The notes: generated from the sequence alone by a model not told the origin. DNA of 64,000 bases from a bacterium (GCA_021825655.1 JAKAGU010000005.1:12400-76399); one strand, 5' to 3'; positions 47,492 to 57,682 are shown, counted from the first letter of the stretch. Translations and numbers: made by a program.

Positions 47492-48787
47492 ATGGCTGAA
47501 GATTATAACGCAGATTTAATTACCCAACTTTTTCTTACTGACGACGTGGAAAAAGCTAAAGAAATTTCAGACGAAATGGTAGGCATAGGGAATCTAATTT
47601 TTCCTCGAATAATATACGAGGCATACAAAAAATTTAAAAACACGTCTAGCTCCCACTATTTTATCTCAGATCTTGCGGGATTTAGGTCACCTGAAGTAGC
47701 AGAAATTATGAAAGAAATAGCCCATGAGGCTACAAAATCTGCTGATTTTGAATTTACACTCGACTACCTGGCAGACATTGAATACTTCGATCCTACTATA
47801 ATCGAAAAAGCTAGCACCTTACTTAAGGACAAGCTATTCCTAAAAGGAACAGATGAGTATGACGTGGAAGCGTGCTTGGCGTATTTAAAAAAATCAAAAA
47901 ATGGCATAAAAGATTTAGAACCCGTATTACAAGCATGCTTTGAAAATGAGGGTCTTGCATACTCCCTAAGAACTAAGGTTCTTCGAGATCTCTTGGTCTC
48001 GAATAAACAACTCATTAACTATTACTACGAAAATTACGATAAAATAAAAAACAAAAAGGCCGAAATAATTTTTGCTGAAGAAATTTCTACATGGCAGGGA
48101 GGGATAATACCAGAACTTCATAAAAAGATTTTAAAAAACGGCTCTAGAAGGGCACAAGAAATCATAGAAGAAGCACAGACAAAAAGAACCAAAACAAAAG
48201 ATCAAGCCGAAAAAAAAGAACAAGAAAAGATAAAAGGTACATACGAAACAGCAGATATTGTTTCCGGCATTGCTGCATTAAGGACAAAGGTTAACAGGAT
48301 CAGCTCGGCTGATAAAAGGTTTGGCTTTCCTTTCTTTGCACAATCGGAAGAATTTTATGAACAAAATAAACCCGCTCAAAATAAAGCCTCTTTAGTGGGT
48401 TATTGTATGGTTCTACGAGAGTTCCTGCAAAAATTTGATGAAGCTATAAAAGATTCCGTGATCCCAGTAGACAAAGCAAAGCAATTTTTACCTGAAATAC
48501 AGGACTGGGGTGGAAGTATTAATAAATTTCACTATCTACTTTTGGATAAAGGTGTAACTGTAGATAAAGGAATTTTCGGTTTAAGAAATATAAATAGACT
48601 TGTTACAAAACTTGCACACCCAAACGAAACACTAGGGGAAGAATTTATTAATTTGTTGACTGAAGAAAAATTATTGGATATGTATACAAAAGACAACTGG
48701 TCACTGTTGCATAGAGAAATATTACTACGATATGAAAAAGTATTAGAAAAATTAATCGCAGCTCTTTCGGAGGGAAGTACTGGCTAA
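47492..48787 (+). CDS. hypothetical helical protein (431 aa) in an AT-rich island
   Basis: Long ORF with K/E/I-rich, AT-biased codon usage (about 35% GC by eye) unlike its neighbours; no motif recognised. Confidence 0.6.
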   Translation: MAEDYNADLITQLFLTDDVEKAKEISDEMVGIGNLIFPRIIYEAYKKFKNTSSSHYFISDLAGFRSPEVAEIMKEIAHEATKSADFEFTLDYLADIEYFDPTIIEKASTLLKDKLFLKGTDEYDVEACLAYLKKSKNGIKDLEPVLQACFENEGLAYSLRTKVLRDLLVSNKQLINYYYENYDKIKNKKAEIIFAEEISTWQGGIIPELHKKILKNGSRRAQEIIEEAQTKRTKTKDQAEKKEQEKIKGTYETADIVSGIAALRTKVNRISSADKRFGFPFFAQSEEFYEQNKPAQNKASLVGYCMVLREFLQKFDEAIKDSVIPVDKAKQFLPEIQDWGGSINKFHYLLLDKGVTVDKGIFGLRNINRLVTKLAHPNETLGEEFINLLTEEKLLDMYTKDNWSLLHREILLRYEKVLEKLIAALSEGSTG

Positions 48788-48839
48788 TATTAGTTACAGT
48801 TCCAATTTAGTCAAAAAAGGCTGACGTTTTCTCAACTTC

Positions 48840-48863
48840 GGTTTGAACATCGTTTCATAGGGA
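48840..48863 (+). repeat. right copy of the 24-bp direct repeat GGTTTGAACATCGTTTCATAGGGA
   Basis: See the left copy. Confidence 0.8.
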
Positions 48864-49102
48864 ATATCTGAAATAAATTATATTATTTGATTGTAGGAAC
48901 GATAGGAAAGCAGAAAATACCTAGTTTTGGCTTTCGCCTGCGGGTTTTTTCTCTTCTGGCTATACAAGTTTTTACCCCGGAACCCAAGCCCTGGACAACC
49001 GGCATAAAATTCCTCTAATTTGTAGTTGATTTATTGGAATAGTGCTATAATATGTAGGCATTTGACCCAAGATAATTAACCCATAAAAGGAGACCTACGC
49101 AT

Positions 49103-49396
49103 ATGAACAAGCTGCAATTTACGGAACAATTGGCGGCCAAATTGGGCATTACCGTCAGCGAAGCCGAAAGGTATTTGAACACCTTTATCCAAATGGTTTA
49201 CGATGTGCTTAGAAACGGTGATAAAGTAAACATTTCAGGCTTTGGCCAGTTCAGCGTATCCCATCGCGCTCCCAGAATCGGTGTTAACCCCCGGAACCCT
49301 ACCCAGAAGATTACCATTCCGGAATTGAATACGCCGAAGTTCAAGGCTGGCGAGGCTTTCAAGGAAGCGGTGAAGCTGAGAAGCCCCCAGGGTTAG
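49103..49396 (+). CDS. hupB: DNA-binding protein HU
   Basis: HU/IHF fold with beta-arm (GFGQFSVSHRAPRIGVNPRNPTQKITIP); extended -10 TGCTATAAT upstream. Confidence 0.9.
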   Translation: MNKLQFTEQLAAKLGITVSEAERYLNTFIQMVYDVLRNGDKVNISGFGQFSVSHRAPRIGVNPRNPTQKITIPELNTPKFKAGEAFKEAVKLRSPQG

Positions 49397-49487
49397 GAAT
49401 TTTTATTAATTTTAGTCAGAGCGAAAACCCCCGGAAAGGGGGTTTTATTTTTTCTTTGAAAATGTTATAATCAGCACACGAAAAAAT

Positions 49488-49562
49488 GCGGGTATCGTAT
49501 AATGGTTATTATCTCAGTTTTCCAAACTGATGATGCGGGTTCGATTCCCGCTACCCGCTCCA
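49488..49562 (+). tRNA. tRNA-Gly (anticodon UCC)
   Basis: Acceptor GCGGGTA/TACCCGC, anticodon stem TCAGT/ACTGA with loop TTTCCAA, T-arm GGTTCGATTCC, CCA encoded. Confidence 0.9.
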
Positions 49563-49572
49563 AGGCAATCCT

Positions 49573-50091
49573 ATGAATTATTTTCTTTTATCAATAGCTA
49601 TTGTGGCAGGCTATTTTTTTATTGTCTTTGTTCTGCTCCGTTTGGTCGCCCCGTATATGGGGTTCAGGCCGTACCCTTTGCCTGTTGAGATTCCAGGGGA
49701 AATGAAAAGCGCAATCTTGAATTTGGAAAACCAAACCCAAGACCAGAATTCATATTTGGAAGCTGTTTATAGATTTGTTTTGGGTCGCTGGGAGCACAGC
49801 CGACTGAAAGCCGGGCTGTTGTTGCCCAAGCTGTTTAAAAAAGATTTAACAGAAATTTGGCACACCAAAGGCTTTGTCTATTGCACCAGCATAAATTTTA
49901 TTGTTTACGTGCTTTTGGCTAAGAGTAAATATTTTACCGCTCAAGATGTTAAGATCAGGCATGTTTTTTTAAACTTCGTACCACACCAATACTTACAGGT
50001 TAGGATTGGGGAAAAATGGGTTGACGTTGACCCTGCTGGGGCGGGCATAAGAAACCAGCCTTTGGGTACGCATGCTAGTTTTTTTGGCTAA
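49573..50091 (+). CDS. membrane protein with a transglutaminase-like (Cys-His-Asp) core
   Basis: N-terminal TM; candidate triad GFVYCTSINF...HQYLQVRIGEKWVDVDPAG resembling papain-like transglutaminase folds. Confidence 0.5.
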   Translation: MNYFLLSIAIVAGYFFIVFVLLRLVAPYMGFRPYPLPVEIPGEMKSAILNLENQTQDQNSYLEAVYRFVLGRWEHSRLKAGLLLPKLFKKDLTEIWHTKGFVYCTSINFIVYVLLAKSKYFTAQDVKIRHVFLNFVPHQYLQVRIGEKWVDVDPAGAGIRNQPLGTHASFFG

Positions 50092-50152
50092 TTACCGCTA
50101 ATGGGTAAATTGACAAAAAACCATACCCAGTGTAAGCTAGTTTTAATTAAAT

Positions 50153-50290
50153 ATGTGCATATCAAGAGAGCAGTTAGGGAACTAGCCCGATGACCTGCCG
50201 GCAACCTGTCCTTTTATGGATAAGGTGCCACCTCTAGCCCTTCACAGGGAAAGATAATTTTTATACCCGTGAAGAACGGGATTTTTTATT
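50153..50290 (+). promoter_or_regulatory. SAM-I (S-box) riboswitch with an intrinsic terminator, leader of metK
   Basis: ATCAAGAGAGCAG..AGGGAACTAGCCCGATGACCTGCCGGCAACC...GGTGCCA matches conserved S-box positions; the expression-platform terminator is CCCGTGAAGAACGGG plus TTTTTTATT. Confidence 0.8.
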
Positions 50291-50305
50291 AAGAAAGGAA
50301 AAATT

Positions 50306-51499
50306 ATGAAAAAACTGTTTTCTTCCGAGTCCGTGACCGAAGGCCATCCGGATAAAATGGCTGACCAGATTAGCGATGCCGTGTTGGACGCTATTTTAAA
50401 AGCCGATCCCCGCGGCCGCGTGGCTGTGGAAACATTGCTGACCAACGGCGTGTGCGTTGTGGCGGGCGAAGTCACCACCAAGACCTACGTGGATATTCCC
50501 AAGGTGGCGCGCGAGGTCATTAAGGATATTGGCTACACCAATGCGGAGTACGGCTTCCAGTGGGAAACCTCCGGTTTGCTTGTGGCCATTAAGGAACAGT
50601 CTTCCGATATTGCCATGGGCGTGGATGCGTTCGTTAAAGGCAAGAGCGGGGGCGTGATAAAAGAGGATTTGGAAAAAATCGGCGCGGGCGACCAGGGGCT
50701 GATGTTCGGCCTGGCTACGGATGAAACCAAAGAGTACATGCCCTTGCCGATTGTGCTGGCGCATAAATTAACCCAGCGCCTGGCTTATGTGAGAAAACAC
50801 GGTATTGTAAAAGGGCTCCGTCCGGACGGCAAAAGCCAGGTGACCGTGGAGTACAACGGCGACAAGGCCAAGCGCGTGCACACGGTGCTAATTGCGGCCC
50901 AGCATGATCCGGATGTGGACAGCGAGAAACTGAAAAGCGAGATTATCAAACAGGTGATAAAAAAAGTCATTCCCACTAAGCTTTTGGACAAGCATACCCG
51001 GATCTTAGTTAACTCCACGGGCCGCTTTGTGATTGGCGGGCCGCAGGGCGATACGGGGCTGACCGGCCGCAAGATTATTGTGGACACTTATGGCGGCATG
51101 GGCCGGCACGGCGGCGGCTGTTTTTCCGGCAAGGACCCCTCCAAGGTGGACAGGTCGGGCTCTTACATGGCGCGCTATGTGGCCAAAAATTTAGTGGCTG
51201 CGGGTTTGGCCAAAAAACTGGAAGTCCAGGTGGCTTATGCCATTGGGGTGCCTGAGCCTTTGAGTGTGCGCGTGGACACTTTTGGCACGGGCAAAATTCC
51301 CGATGATACCATTGCGGGCATTGTTGGGAAGGTTTTTGATTTGCGGCCGGGCATGATTATTAAGCAGTTAAATTTGCGGCGGCCGATTTACCGCCAGGTA
51401 GCGGCTTATGGCCACTTTGGCCGCAATGACTTAAAGTTGCCCTGGGAAAAACTGGATAAAGTTAAAGAAATCAAAAAACTGGCCAAATTAAGGAAATAA
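50306..51499 (+). CDS. metK: S-adenosylmethionine synthetase
   Basis: [25 protein letters not shown] and GGGAFSGKDP-type motifs. Confidence 0.95.
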   Translation: MKKLFSSESVTEGHPDKMADQISDAVLDAILKADPRGRVAVETLLTNGVCVVAGEVTTKTYVDIPKVAREVIKDIGYTNAEYGFQWETSGLLVAIKEQSSDIAMGVDAFVKGKSGGVIKEDLEKIGAGDQGLMFGLATDETKEYMPLPIVLAHKLTQRLAYVRKHGIVKGLRPDGKSQVTVEYNGDKAKRVHTVLIAAQHDPDVDSEKLKSEIIKQVIKKVIPTKLLDKHTRILVNSTGRFVIGGPQGDTGLTGRKIIVDTYGGMGRHGGGCFSGKDPSKVDRSGSYMARYVAKNLVAAGLAKKLEVQVAYAIGVPEPLSVRVDTFGTGKIPDDTIAGIVGKVFDLRPGMIIKQLNLRRPIYRQVAAYGHFGRNDLKLPWEKLDKVKEIKKLAKLRK

Positions 51500-51546
51500 C
51501 CAGGAACAAAAGGGTCTTGCCAAAAGCAAGGCCTTTTTAATAGTTT

Positions 51547-51909
51547 GTGGTAAAATTAACTCACAGAGATTTATTATCAAGTAATCAATTCTATATGAAA
51601 TCATCAGGTGAACATCGGTATTCCGAGCATGTCCATAAGGCAGGAGAGGCTTTTGATAGCCTGCAGGAAGCCGAAGCCAAGCAAAAAGAGCTGGAGGCCG
51701 AGCTTAGAGCGGCCACGCAGAAAAGGCTGCATACCCAAGACCAGGCAAGTTTGGATGAATTAAGCAGGGACATAGCCAGGCTGAATGACCAAATACTTTT
51801 TTTTGAGGGCGAAAAGGCCCGGCTGGCGGCCGAAGTGGGGGAGCATACCGATAAGCATTTGAAAGGTGAGGAGTTGCTGGAGCATACCGAAACCAAACAC
51901 ATAAACTAA
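51547..51909 (+). CDS. hypothetical coiled-coil protein (true start possibly the Met at 51595)
   Basis: ORF only; heptad-like EAEAKQKELEAELRAA. Confidence 0.45.
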   Translation: MVKLTHRDLLSSNQFYMKSSGEHRYSEHVHKAGEAFDSLQEAEAKQKELEAELRAATQKRLHTQDQASLDELSRDIARLNDQILFFEGEKARLAAEVGEHTDKHLKGEELLEHTETKHIN

Positions 51910-51915
51910 GTTTGT

Positions 51916-53763
51916 ATGAAAAATAATTTAGAACAGCTTGCCAAGCTGGTGCGTTACCATATTTTAACCTCTACCACGGCCGCAGGCAGCGGCCACCCGA
52001 CTTCGTCCTTGTCCGCAGCGGATGTCATGACCGGGCTGTTTTTTGGCGGTTATTACCGTTTTGACTTAAGCCAGCCGGACAATCCGGCCAATGACCGGCT
52101 GATTTTTTCCAAAGGCCACGCCAGCCCCTTGTTCTATTCACTGTATGCGGCTGCCGACAAAATCAGCAGCGAGGAAATGCTGACCTTGCGCCAGTTTGGT
52201 TCGCGTTTGGAAGGCCATCCAACCCTGGAATTTCCCTATACGGAAGTGCCGACCGGTTCTTTGGGCCAGGGCCTGTCCGTGGGCGTGGGCGAGGCGCTGA
52301 ATGCCAAGCTCGACAAATTGCCCGGCCGGGTGTTTGTGCTTTTGGGCGATTCGGAAATGGCCGAAGGCAGCGTGTGGGAAGCCATGCAGCTGGCTGCCCA
52401 CTATAAATTGGACAATTTGTTGGCTGTGATTGATGTAAACCGTTTGGGCCAAAGGGGCGAGACCATGCAGGGCCATAATTTGGAAGATTTTAAACGCAAA
52501 GGCGAGGCTTTTGGCTGGCAAACGGAAAGCATTGACGGACACAATCTGGGAGAAATTGACGCTGTTTATAAAAAATTATTGTCAGAACAGAACGGCCTGC
52601 CTAAGCTGGTGGTGGCTAAAACTTTAAAAGGCAAAGGCGTGTCTTTTCTGGAAGACCAGGACAACTGGCACGGCAAAGCTTTAAAACAGGAAGAATTGGC
52701 AAAAGCTTTGCAGGAGCTGGGCGAAGTGGATAAAACTTTGGTAGGCGAAGTTCAGTTGCCCGAACAGGCTGCAAAACCCGCGCCATTGCCCGGGAATTCG
52801 TCCGTTAAGCTCACTGCTTATCCCCAGGATAAAACTGTGGCCACGCGCAAGGCTTATGGCAATGCGCTGGTGAATTTGGCCGCAGCCTATCCCAACTTGG
52901 TGGTGCTGGATGCGGAAACCAGCAATTCCACTTATGCGGCGGACATTAAAAAGAATTATCCGGAAAAATTTATAGAGTGCTACATTGCGGAGCAGAACAT
53001 GGCCGGCATGGCCTTGGGTTTTTCCCGCCGCGGCAAACTGCCGTTCGTGTCCACTTTTGCCGCATTTTTGTCCCGCGCGTTTGACCAGATCCGCATGTCG
53101 CAGTACGCGGCCGGCAACATTAAGTTTTGCGGCTCGCACGCCGGGGTTTCTATCGGCGAGGACGGCAGCAGCCAAATGGGCCTGGAGGAGCTGTCTATGT
53201 TCCGGTCTGTGTCCGGCAGCGTGGTGCTGTACCCGTCGGACGCGGTGTCCGCGGAAAAGCTGGTGTGGGAGGCGGCGCGCCACCAGGGGAACGTCTACAT
53301 CCAGACCACGCGCAAGGAAACCCCCATTTTATACGCCGCAGAGGAAGATTTTCCCATTGGCGGCTCCAAAACCTTAAAATTTTCGGCCCACGACCAGGCA
53401 ACGGTAATTGGTGCGGGCGTGACTTTGCACGAAGCTTTGGCAGCGTATGAAGAGTTGCAAAAGGAGAATATCGATATTCGCGTGGTGGATTTGTACTCCA
53501 TTAAGCCGCTCGACGTGGATATGCTGAAGAAAGCCGCTGCGGAAACCGGGAAGATTTTGACCGTGGAGGACAACCACCACGAGGGCGGTTTGGCGGAAGC
53601 CGTACTTTACGGCTTAAACGAACTGGCCGGCAGCAGCGCGAAATTTAAAGCGCTTTCAGTGAAAAAAACGCCGCATAGCGGCAAGCCGGACGAACTTTTG
53701 GCCTATGAAGAAATAAACGCCGCGGCCATTGTTAAAGCAGTAAAAGCTTTAGTCCATGGATAG
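51916..53763 (+). CDS. tkt: transketolase
   Basis: ThDP-binding GSGHPTSSLSAADV and GDSEMAEGSVWEA motifs. Confidence 0.9.
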   Translation: MKNNLEQLAKLVRYHILTSTTAAGSGHPTSSLSAADVMTGLFFGGYYRFDLSQPDNPANDRLIFSKGHASPLFYSLYAAADKISSEEMLTLRQFGSRLEGHPTLEFPYTEVPTGSLGQGLSVGVGEALNAKLDKLPGRVFVLLGDSEMAEGSVWEAMQLAAHYKLDNLLAVIDVNRLGQRGETMQGHNLEDFKRKGEAFGWQTESIDGHNLGEIDAVYKKLLSEQNGLPKLVVAKTLKGKGVSFLEDQDNWHGKALKQEELAKALQELGEVDKTLVGEVQLPEQAAKPAPLPGNSSVKLTAYPQDKTVATRKAYGNALVNLAAAYPNLVVLDAETSNSTYAADIKKNYPEKFIECYIAEQNMAGMALGFSRRGKLPFVSTFAAFLSRAFDQIRMSQYAAGNIKFCGSHAGVSIGEDGSSQMGLEELSMFRSVSGSVVLYPSDAVSAEKLVWEAARHQGNVYIQTTRKETPILYAAEEDFPIGGSKTLKFSAHDQATVIGAGVTLHEALAAYEELQKENIDIRVVDLYSIKPLDVDMLKKAAAETGKILTVEDNHHEGGLAEAVLYGLNELAGSSAKFKALSVKKTPHSGKPDELLAYEEINAAAIVKAVKALVHG

Positions 53764-54700
53764 GAATTTGGCTTTGGAATTTGTTCGCGTAACCGAGGCC
53801 GCGGCTATTGCCTCGGCCCGCTGGATTGGCAAAGGCGACAAGCACAGGGCCGATGGCGCGGCCGTAAAGGAGATGCGCGCCCGGTTTAACCAAATGGACT
53901 TTAAAGGGCAGGTGGTGATTGGCGAGGGTGCCAAAGATGAAGCCCCGGAATTATACGTAGGCGAACGCGTGGGCAAGGGCAAGAGTCCGGTTTTGGATTT
54001 GGCGGTTGACCCTTTGGAATGCACGGACAGCGTGGCCTTTGGGCGCTACAACGCCATGTCGGTCATCGTGGCGGGCGCGAAAAACAGCTTGCTTTCCGCA
54101 CCGGACGTGTATATGGAAAAATTGGCCGCCGGGCCCAGGGCCGCCAAAAGCATCAAGTTTGGCGCGCCCGTCAAGCAGAATCTGCAAAAGGCCGCCCGCG
54201 CTTTGGGGAAAAAAGTCAGTGAGATGACCGTGGTGATTTTGGACCGTGAACGGCATCAGGAGTTAATCCAGCAGGTGCGCCGGGCCGGCGCGCGCGTCCG
54301 TTTAATTACGGATGGGGATGTGGCCGGGGCGATTGCGCCCAGCCTGCCGGAGAGCGGCATTGACCTGCTTATGGGCATTGGCGCTTCGGCCGAGGCCGTG
54401 CTGGCGGCGGCTGCGGTTAAAACCCTGGGCGGACAGATATTTTGCCGCTTTTCCCCGCACAAGGAAAAACATGTTAAGCTGATTAAGCAGGCAGGCCTAA
54501 ATTTAAGCAAGGTTTACAGCGCCGCTGATTTGGCCAAAGGCAAAATTTTGACCTTTACAGCCACAGGAGTCATAGATGGGCCGCTATTGGCCGGAGTCAG
54601 GTTTTCCGATCATACGATTTTGACCCATTCCGTGGTAATCCGCGGCCAGTCCGGCACAGTCAGATATATTTCTACGCAACATCATTTAAAGTACAAATAA
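53756..54700 (+). CDS. glpX: fructose-1,6-bisphosphatase class II
   Basis: GlpX N-terminus (LALEFVRVTEAAAIASARWIGKGDK) and metal-binding regions; overlaps the tkt stop by 8 nt. Confidence 0.9.
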   Translation: MDRNLALEFVRVTEAAAIASARWIGKGDKHRADGAAVKEMRARFNQMDFKGQVVIGEGAKDEAPELYVGERVGKGKSPVLDLAVDPLECTDSVAFGRYNAMSVIVAGAKNSLLSAPDVYMEKLAAGPRAAKSIKFGAPVKQNLQKAARALGKKVSEMTVVILDRERHQELIQQVRRAGARVRLITDGDVAGAIAPSLPESGIDLLMGIGASAEAVLAAAAVKTLGGQIFCRFSPHKEKHVKLIKQAGLNLSKVYSAADLAKGKILTFTATGVIDGPLLAGVRFSDHTILTHSVVIRGQSGTVRYISTQHHLKYK

Positions 54701-54703
54701 AAC

Positions 54704-55621
54704 ATGCCAAAACGGGATTTAGGCTACATTCAGCCGCTATATGTGCTGGCTTTCGACCATCGCGCCAGCTTTGTAAAAAATATGCTCGGGGTTACCGGCC
54801 AGCCGGATATGGACCAGGTTAAGCAAGTGGTGGATTTTAAAAATGTGATTTTTGAAGGCTTTAAGCGCGGCGTGGAATTGGGTGTGCCTAAGGCTCAGGC
54901 TGCGGTGCTGTGTGATGAACAGTTCGGCGATGCGGTCTTGCGCGGCGCGCGCGCTGCCGGTTTTGTGTTTGCCGCCTGCACGGAAAAAAGCGGACAAAAA
55001 GAGTTTGATTTTGAATACGGCGCCGACTTTGGCGTGCACCTTACGGAATACGCGCCGACTTTTGCCAAGGCCCTGGTGCGCTATAACCCCAAGGACGACA
55101 AGGACATGAACCGCCGCCAGTTGGAAAAGTTGAAAATTTTGAGCGAATACTGCCACGCCAACAACCTGAAGTTTTTAATCGAACCGCTGGTAGCCGCCCT
55201 GCCTGAACAGCTGGAAAAAGTGGGCGGAGACCAGGGCAGGTATGATTTGGAAATCCGGCCCAAGCTTATGGTGGAAATGGTCAAACAGATGCAGGAGGGC
55301 GGCGTGGAGCCCGACGTGTGGAAAATAGAAGGCTTGGAAGACACCGCGGAGTACGAAGCCGTGGTAAAACAGGCCCGGTCAGGCGGCCGCGACCAGGTGA
55401 GCGCAGTAATTTTAGGCCGGGGCGCCAGCCAGAGCCAGGTGGAAAAGTGGCTCAAGGCCGCCAGCCGCGCCGAAGGCGTGGTGGGCTTTGCCATTGGCCG
55501 GAGCATTTTCCACGAGGCGCTGATGAAGTACAAAACCGCAGAGCTTACCCGCGAGGAAGCCGTGGAAAAAATCGCCAACAAGTACCTGCATTTTTATCAA
55601 ATTTATACGCAAAACAATTAA
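54704..55621 (+). CDS. class I aldolase, LacD/DUF2090 family (probable fructose/tagatose-1,6-bisphosphate aldolase)
   Basis: LAFDHRASF (cf. LacD LAFDQRGA), LKFLIEPL (Schiff-base Lys region) and FAIGRSIF segments. Confidence 0.6.
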   Translation: MPKRDLGYIQPLYVLAFDHRASFVKNMLGVTGQPDMDQVKQVVDFKNVIFEGFKRGVELGVPKAQAAVLCDEQFGDAVLRGARAAGFVFAACTEKSGQKEFDFEYGADFGVHLTEYAPTFAKALVRYNPKDDKDMNRRQLEKLKILSEYCHANNLKFLIEPLVAALPEQLEKVGGDQGRYDLEIRPKLMVEMVKQMQEGGVEPDVWKIEGLEDTAEYEAVVKQARSGGRDQVSAVILGRGASQSQVEKWLKAASRAEGVVGFAIGRSIFHEALMKYKTAELTREEAVEKIANKYLHFYQIYTQNN

Positions 55622-55631
55622 ATACAATTAA

Positions 55632-56408
55632 ATGGAAGCATTTATGGTTACCAAGGGAAAAAATCCAAACCACCACGACGGGCACGAGGTTGTATGCTTT
55701 ACCTCCCAGGGCAGGGAAATCTGCATCCCGGTGTCCCAGCTGGAACATATTTTTAAAAAAGGCAAAACCCGCGAAGTTTCGACCTGGACTATATTTAAGA
55801 TTATGGCCGAGTTTATTGCGGGTTTTGAGTTTTTAAAGCGCTACAAGAAAGCGGTCAGTATTATGGGCAGCGCGCGCGTGGGCCTGCAAAACGGGGTGTA
55901 CCAGGAAGCAACGGATTTGGCCAGCAAGCTGTCTAAGGCCGGTTTTGCGGTGATTACCGGCGGCGGTCCGGGTATAATGGAAGCCGGCAACAAGGGCGCG
56001 TTCGAAGCGGGCGGCCGGAGCGTGGGCATTAACATCAAGCTGCCGTTTGAGCAGCGCACCAACGCCTATGTTAAAGAGTCGGAAAGTTTTAGCTTCTTTT
56101 TTACCCGCAAGGTCATGCTGGAAACCGCTTCCAGCGTTTACATTTTTTTCCCCGGCGGGTTCGGCACCTTGGATGAACTGTTTGAAATGATTACCTTGAT
56201 CCAGACCAAAAAAATCCGCCCCGTGCCGATTATCCTGGTCAACCGGGAGTTCTGGCAGCCGCTGCTTGAGTGGATCAAGGCTTATATTTATGAAAAAAAT
56301 AAAGCCATCGACAAAGCGGATATGGAAATATACCATTTGGTGAACAATGCCGATGAGGCCTACAAGCTGATTAAGGAACTTTCCAAGAATAAGAATTTAT
56401 TCAACTAG
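55632..56408 (+). CDS. LOG-family (TIGR00730) nucleotide phosphoribohydrolase
   Basis: GGGPGIMEA and PGGFGTLDELFE motifs. Confidence 0.8.
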   Translation: MEAFMVTKGKNPNHHDGHEVVCFTSQGREICIPVSQLEHIFKKGKTREVSTWTIFKIMAEFIAGFEFLKRYKKAVSIMGSARVGLQNGVYQEATDLASKLSKAGFAVITGGGPGIMEAGNKGAFEAGGRSVGINIKLPFEQRTNAYVKESESFSFFFTRKVMLETASSVYIFFPGGFGTLDELFEMITLIQTKKIRPVPIILVNREFWQPLLEWIKAYIYEKNKAIDKADMEIYHLVNNADEAYKLIKELSKNKNLFN

Positions 56409-56411
56409 CCT

Positions 56412-56852
56412 ATGTCCGCAAAACGGCCGGGCGGGGAAGGGGAGCCCGACAACATCGATTTCGTCCTGGAGCAGATAAAAATTGATACTGAAAAGGCGCG
56501 GATTATGCCCACCCCGGAGCAGTTTCAGGACCTGGCGCAAAAAGTAAGGGATTTATCCTTGGGCAGGGGGTTTGCCAAAGCCTCGGCGTGGGAAAAGTAC
56601 TCCGCGGATTTAAGTGTTATTTTGGAAATGCTGCCCAAGCCGGCTTCCGTGGAAATCAATGCCAAGTACAAAGAAATTCAGGCCCGGAAATATTACCAGA
56701 GAGCCATATGGGATGAATTTTTTGAGTATGTGTTGTTGTATTTCCACGACCAGGCGGCCAAAAATTATCCAACGCCGGAGGAAAAAGGATTTTGGGAAGC
56801 GTGTTTTGGCAAGTATTTAGAAATGGCTCTTAAGTATAAGGAGATAATGTAA
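56412..56852 (+). CDS. hypothetical protein (146 aa)
   Basis: ORF only. Confidence 0.45.
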   Translation: MSAKRPGGEGEPDNIDFVLEQIKIDTEKARIMPTPEQFQDLAQKVRDLSLGRGFAKASAWEKYSADLSVILEMLPKPASVEINAKYKEIQARKYYQRAIWDEFFEYVLLYFHDQAAKNYPTPEEKGFWEACFGKYLEMALKYKEIM

Positions 56853-57682
56853 TGTCTACAAAACTTTTTTTGGATTCGGGCGACCCCAAGGAAACCCGCG
56901 CCGCGCTGGAGCTGCTTGGCCACATAGACGGCCAGACCACCAACCCGTCTTTAATCGCCAAAAATCCGGAAGCCGCGGGTAAAAAATTCAGCGAGGCTGA
57001 AATTTACGCTTTTTATAAAGGCGTGGTCAGCGAAATTTCCGGACTGCTCAAGCCTGAGGCCTCGGTCTCCATTGAAGTTTATGCCGATGCCCAGACCACG
57101 GCCGAAGCCATGCTAAAACAGGCCCGCGAATTCAACGCCTGGATACCCAATGCGCACATTAAGCTGCCCACCACGGCCGAAGGTTTAAAAGCCGCGGAGG
57201 TGCTGGTAGGGGAAGGTGTTCGCGTAAATATGACTTTGGTTTTTTCCCAAAACCAGGCCGCGGCCGTGTACGCGGCCACCCAGGGCGCAAAAAAAGGCGA
57301 CGTCTTTCTGTCGCCCTTCATTGGCCGGTTGGACGACCGGGGAGAAAACGGCCTGGATTTGATTAAAAACATTATGGAAATGTACAAGGCCGGGGACGGC
57401 CACGTGGAAGTTTTGTCCGCTTCGGTGCGGAACCTCCAGCACTTTGTGAAATGCCTGGAATATGGCAGCGATATTATTACCGCGCCTTTAAAAGCCTTTA
57501 AAGAATGGGTGGATGCCGGCCGGCCGGAAAGCCTTGCCCTGCCGGAAAACCAGAATTTAAAGCCTATTGCCTATGAAAATGTAGCTTTATCTAAGCCTTA
57601 TGCAGAATACGATATCCGGCACGAGTTAACCGACAAAGGCCTGGCAAAGTTTGCCCAGGATTGGAACAATTTAATCGCTTAA
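56852..57682 (+). CDS. tal: transaldolase (short, F6P-aldolase-like subfamily)
   Basis: LDSGDPKE...TTNPSLI and the catalytic Lys region IKLPTT. Confidence 0.9.
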   Translation: MSTKLFLDSGDPKETRAALELLGHIDGQTTNPSLIAKNPEAAGKKFSEAEIYAFYKGVVSEISGLLKPEASVSIEVYADAQTTAEAMLKQAREFNAWIPNAHIKLPTTAEGLKAAEVLVGEGVRVNMTLVFSQNQAAAVYAATQGAKKGDVFLSPFIGRLDDRGENGLDLIKNIMEMYKAGDGHVEVLSASVRNLQHFVKCLEYGSDIITAPLKAFKEWVDAGRPESLALPENQNLKPIAYENVALSKPYAEYDIRHELTDKGLAKFAQDWNNLIA

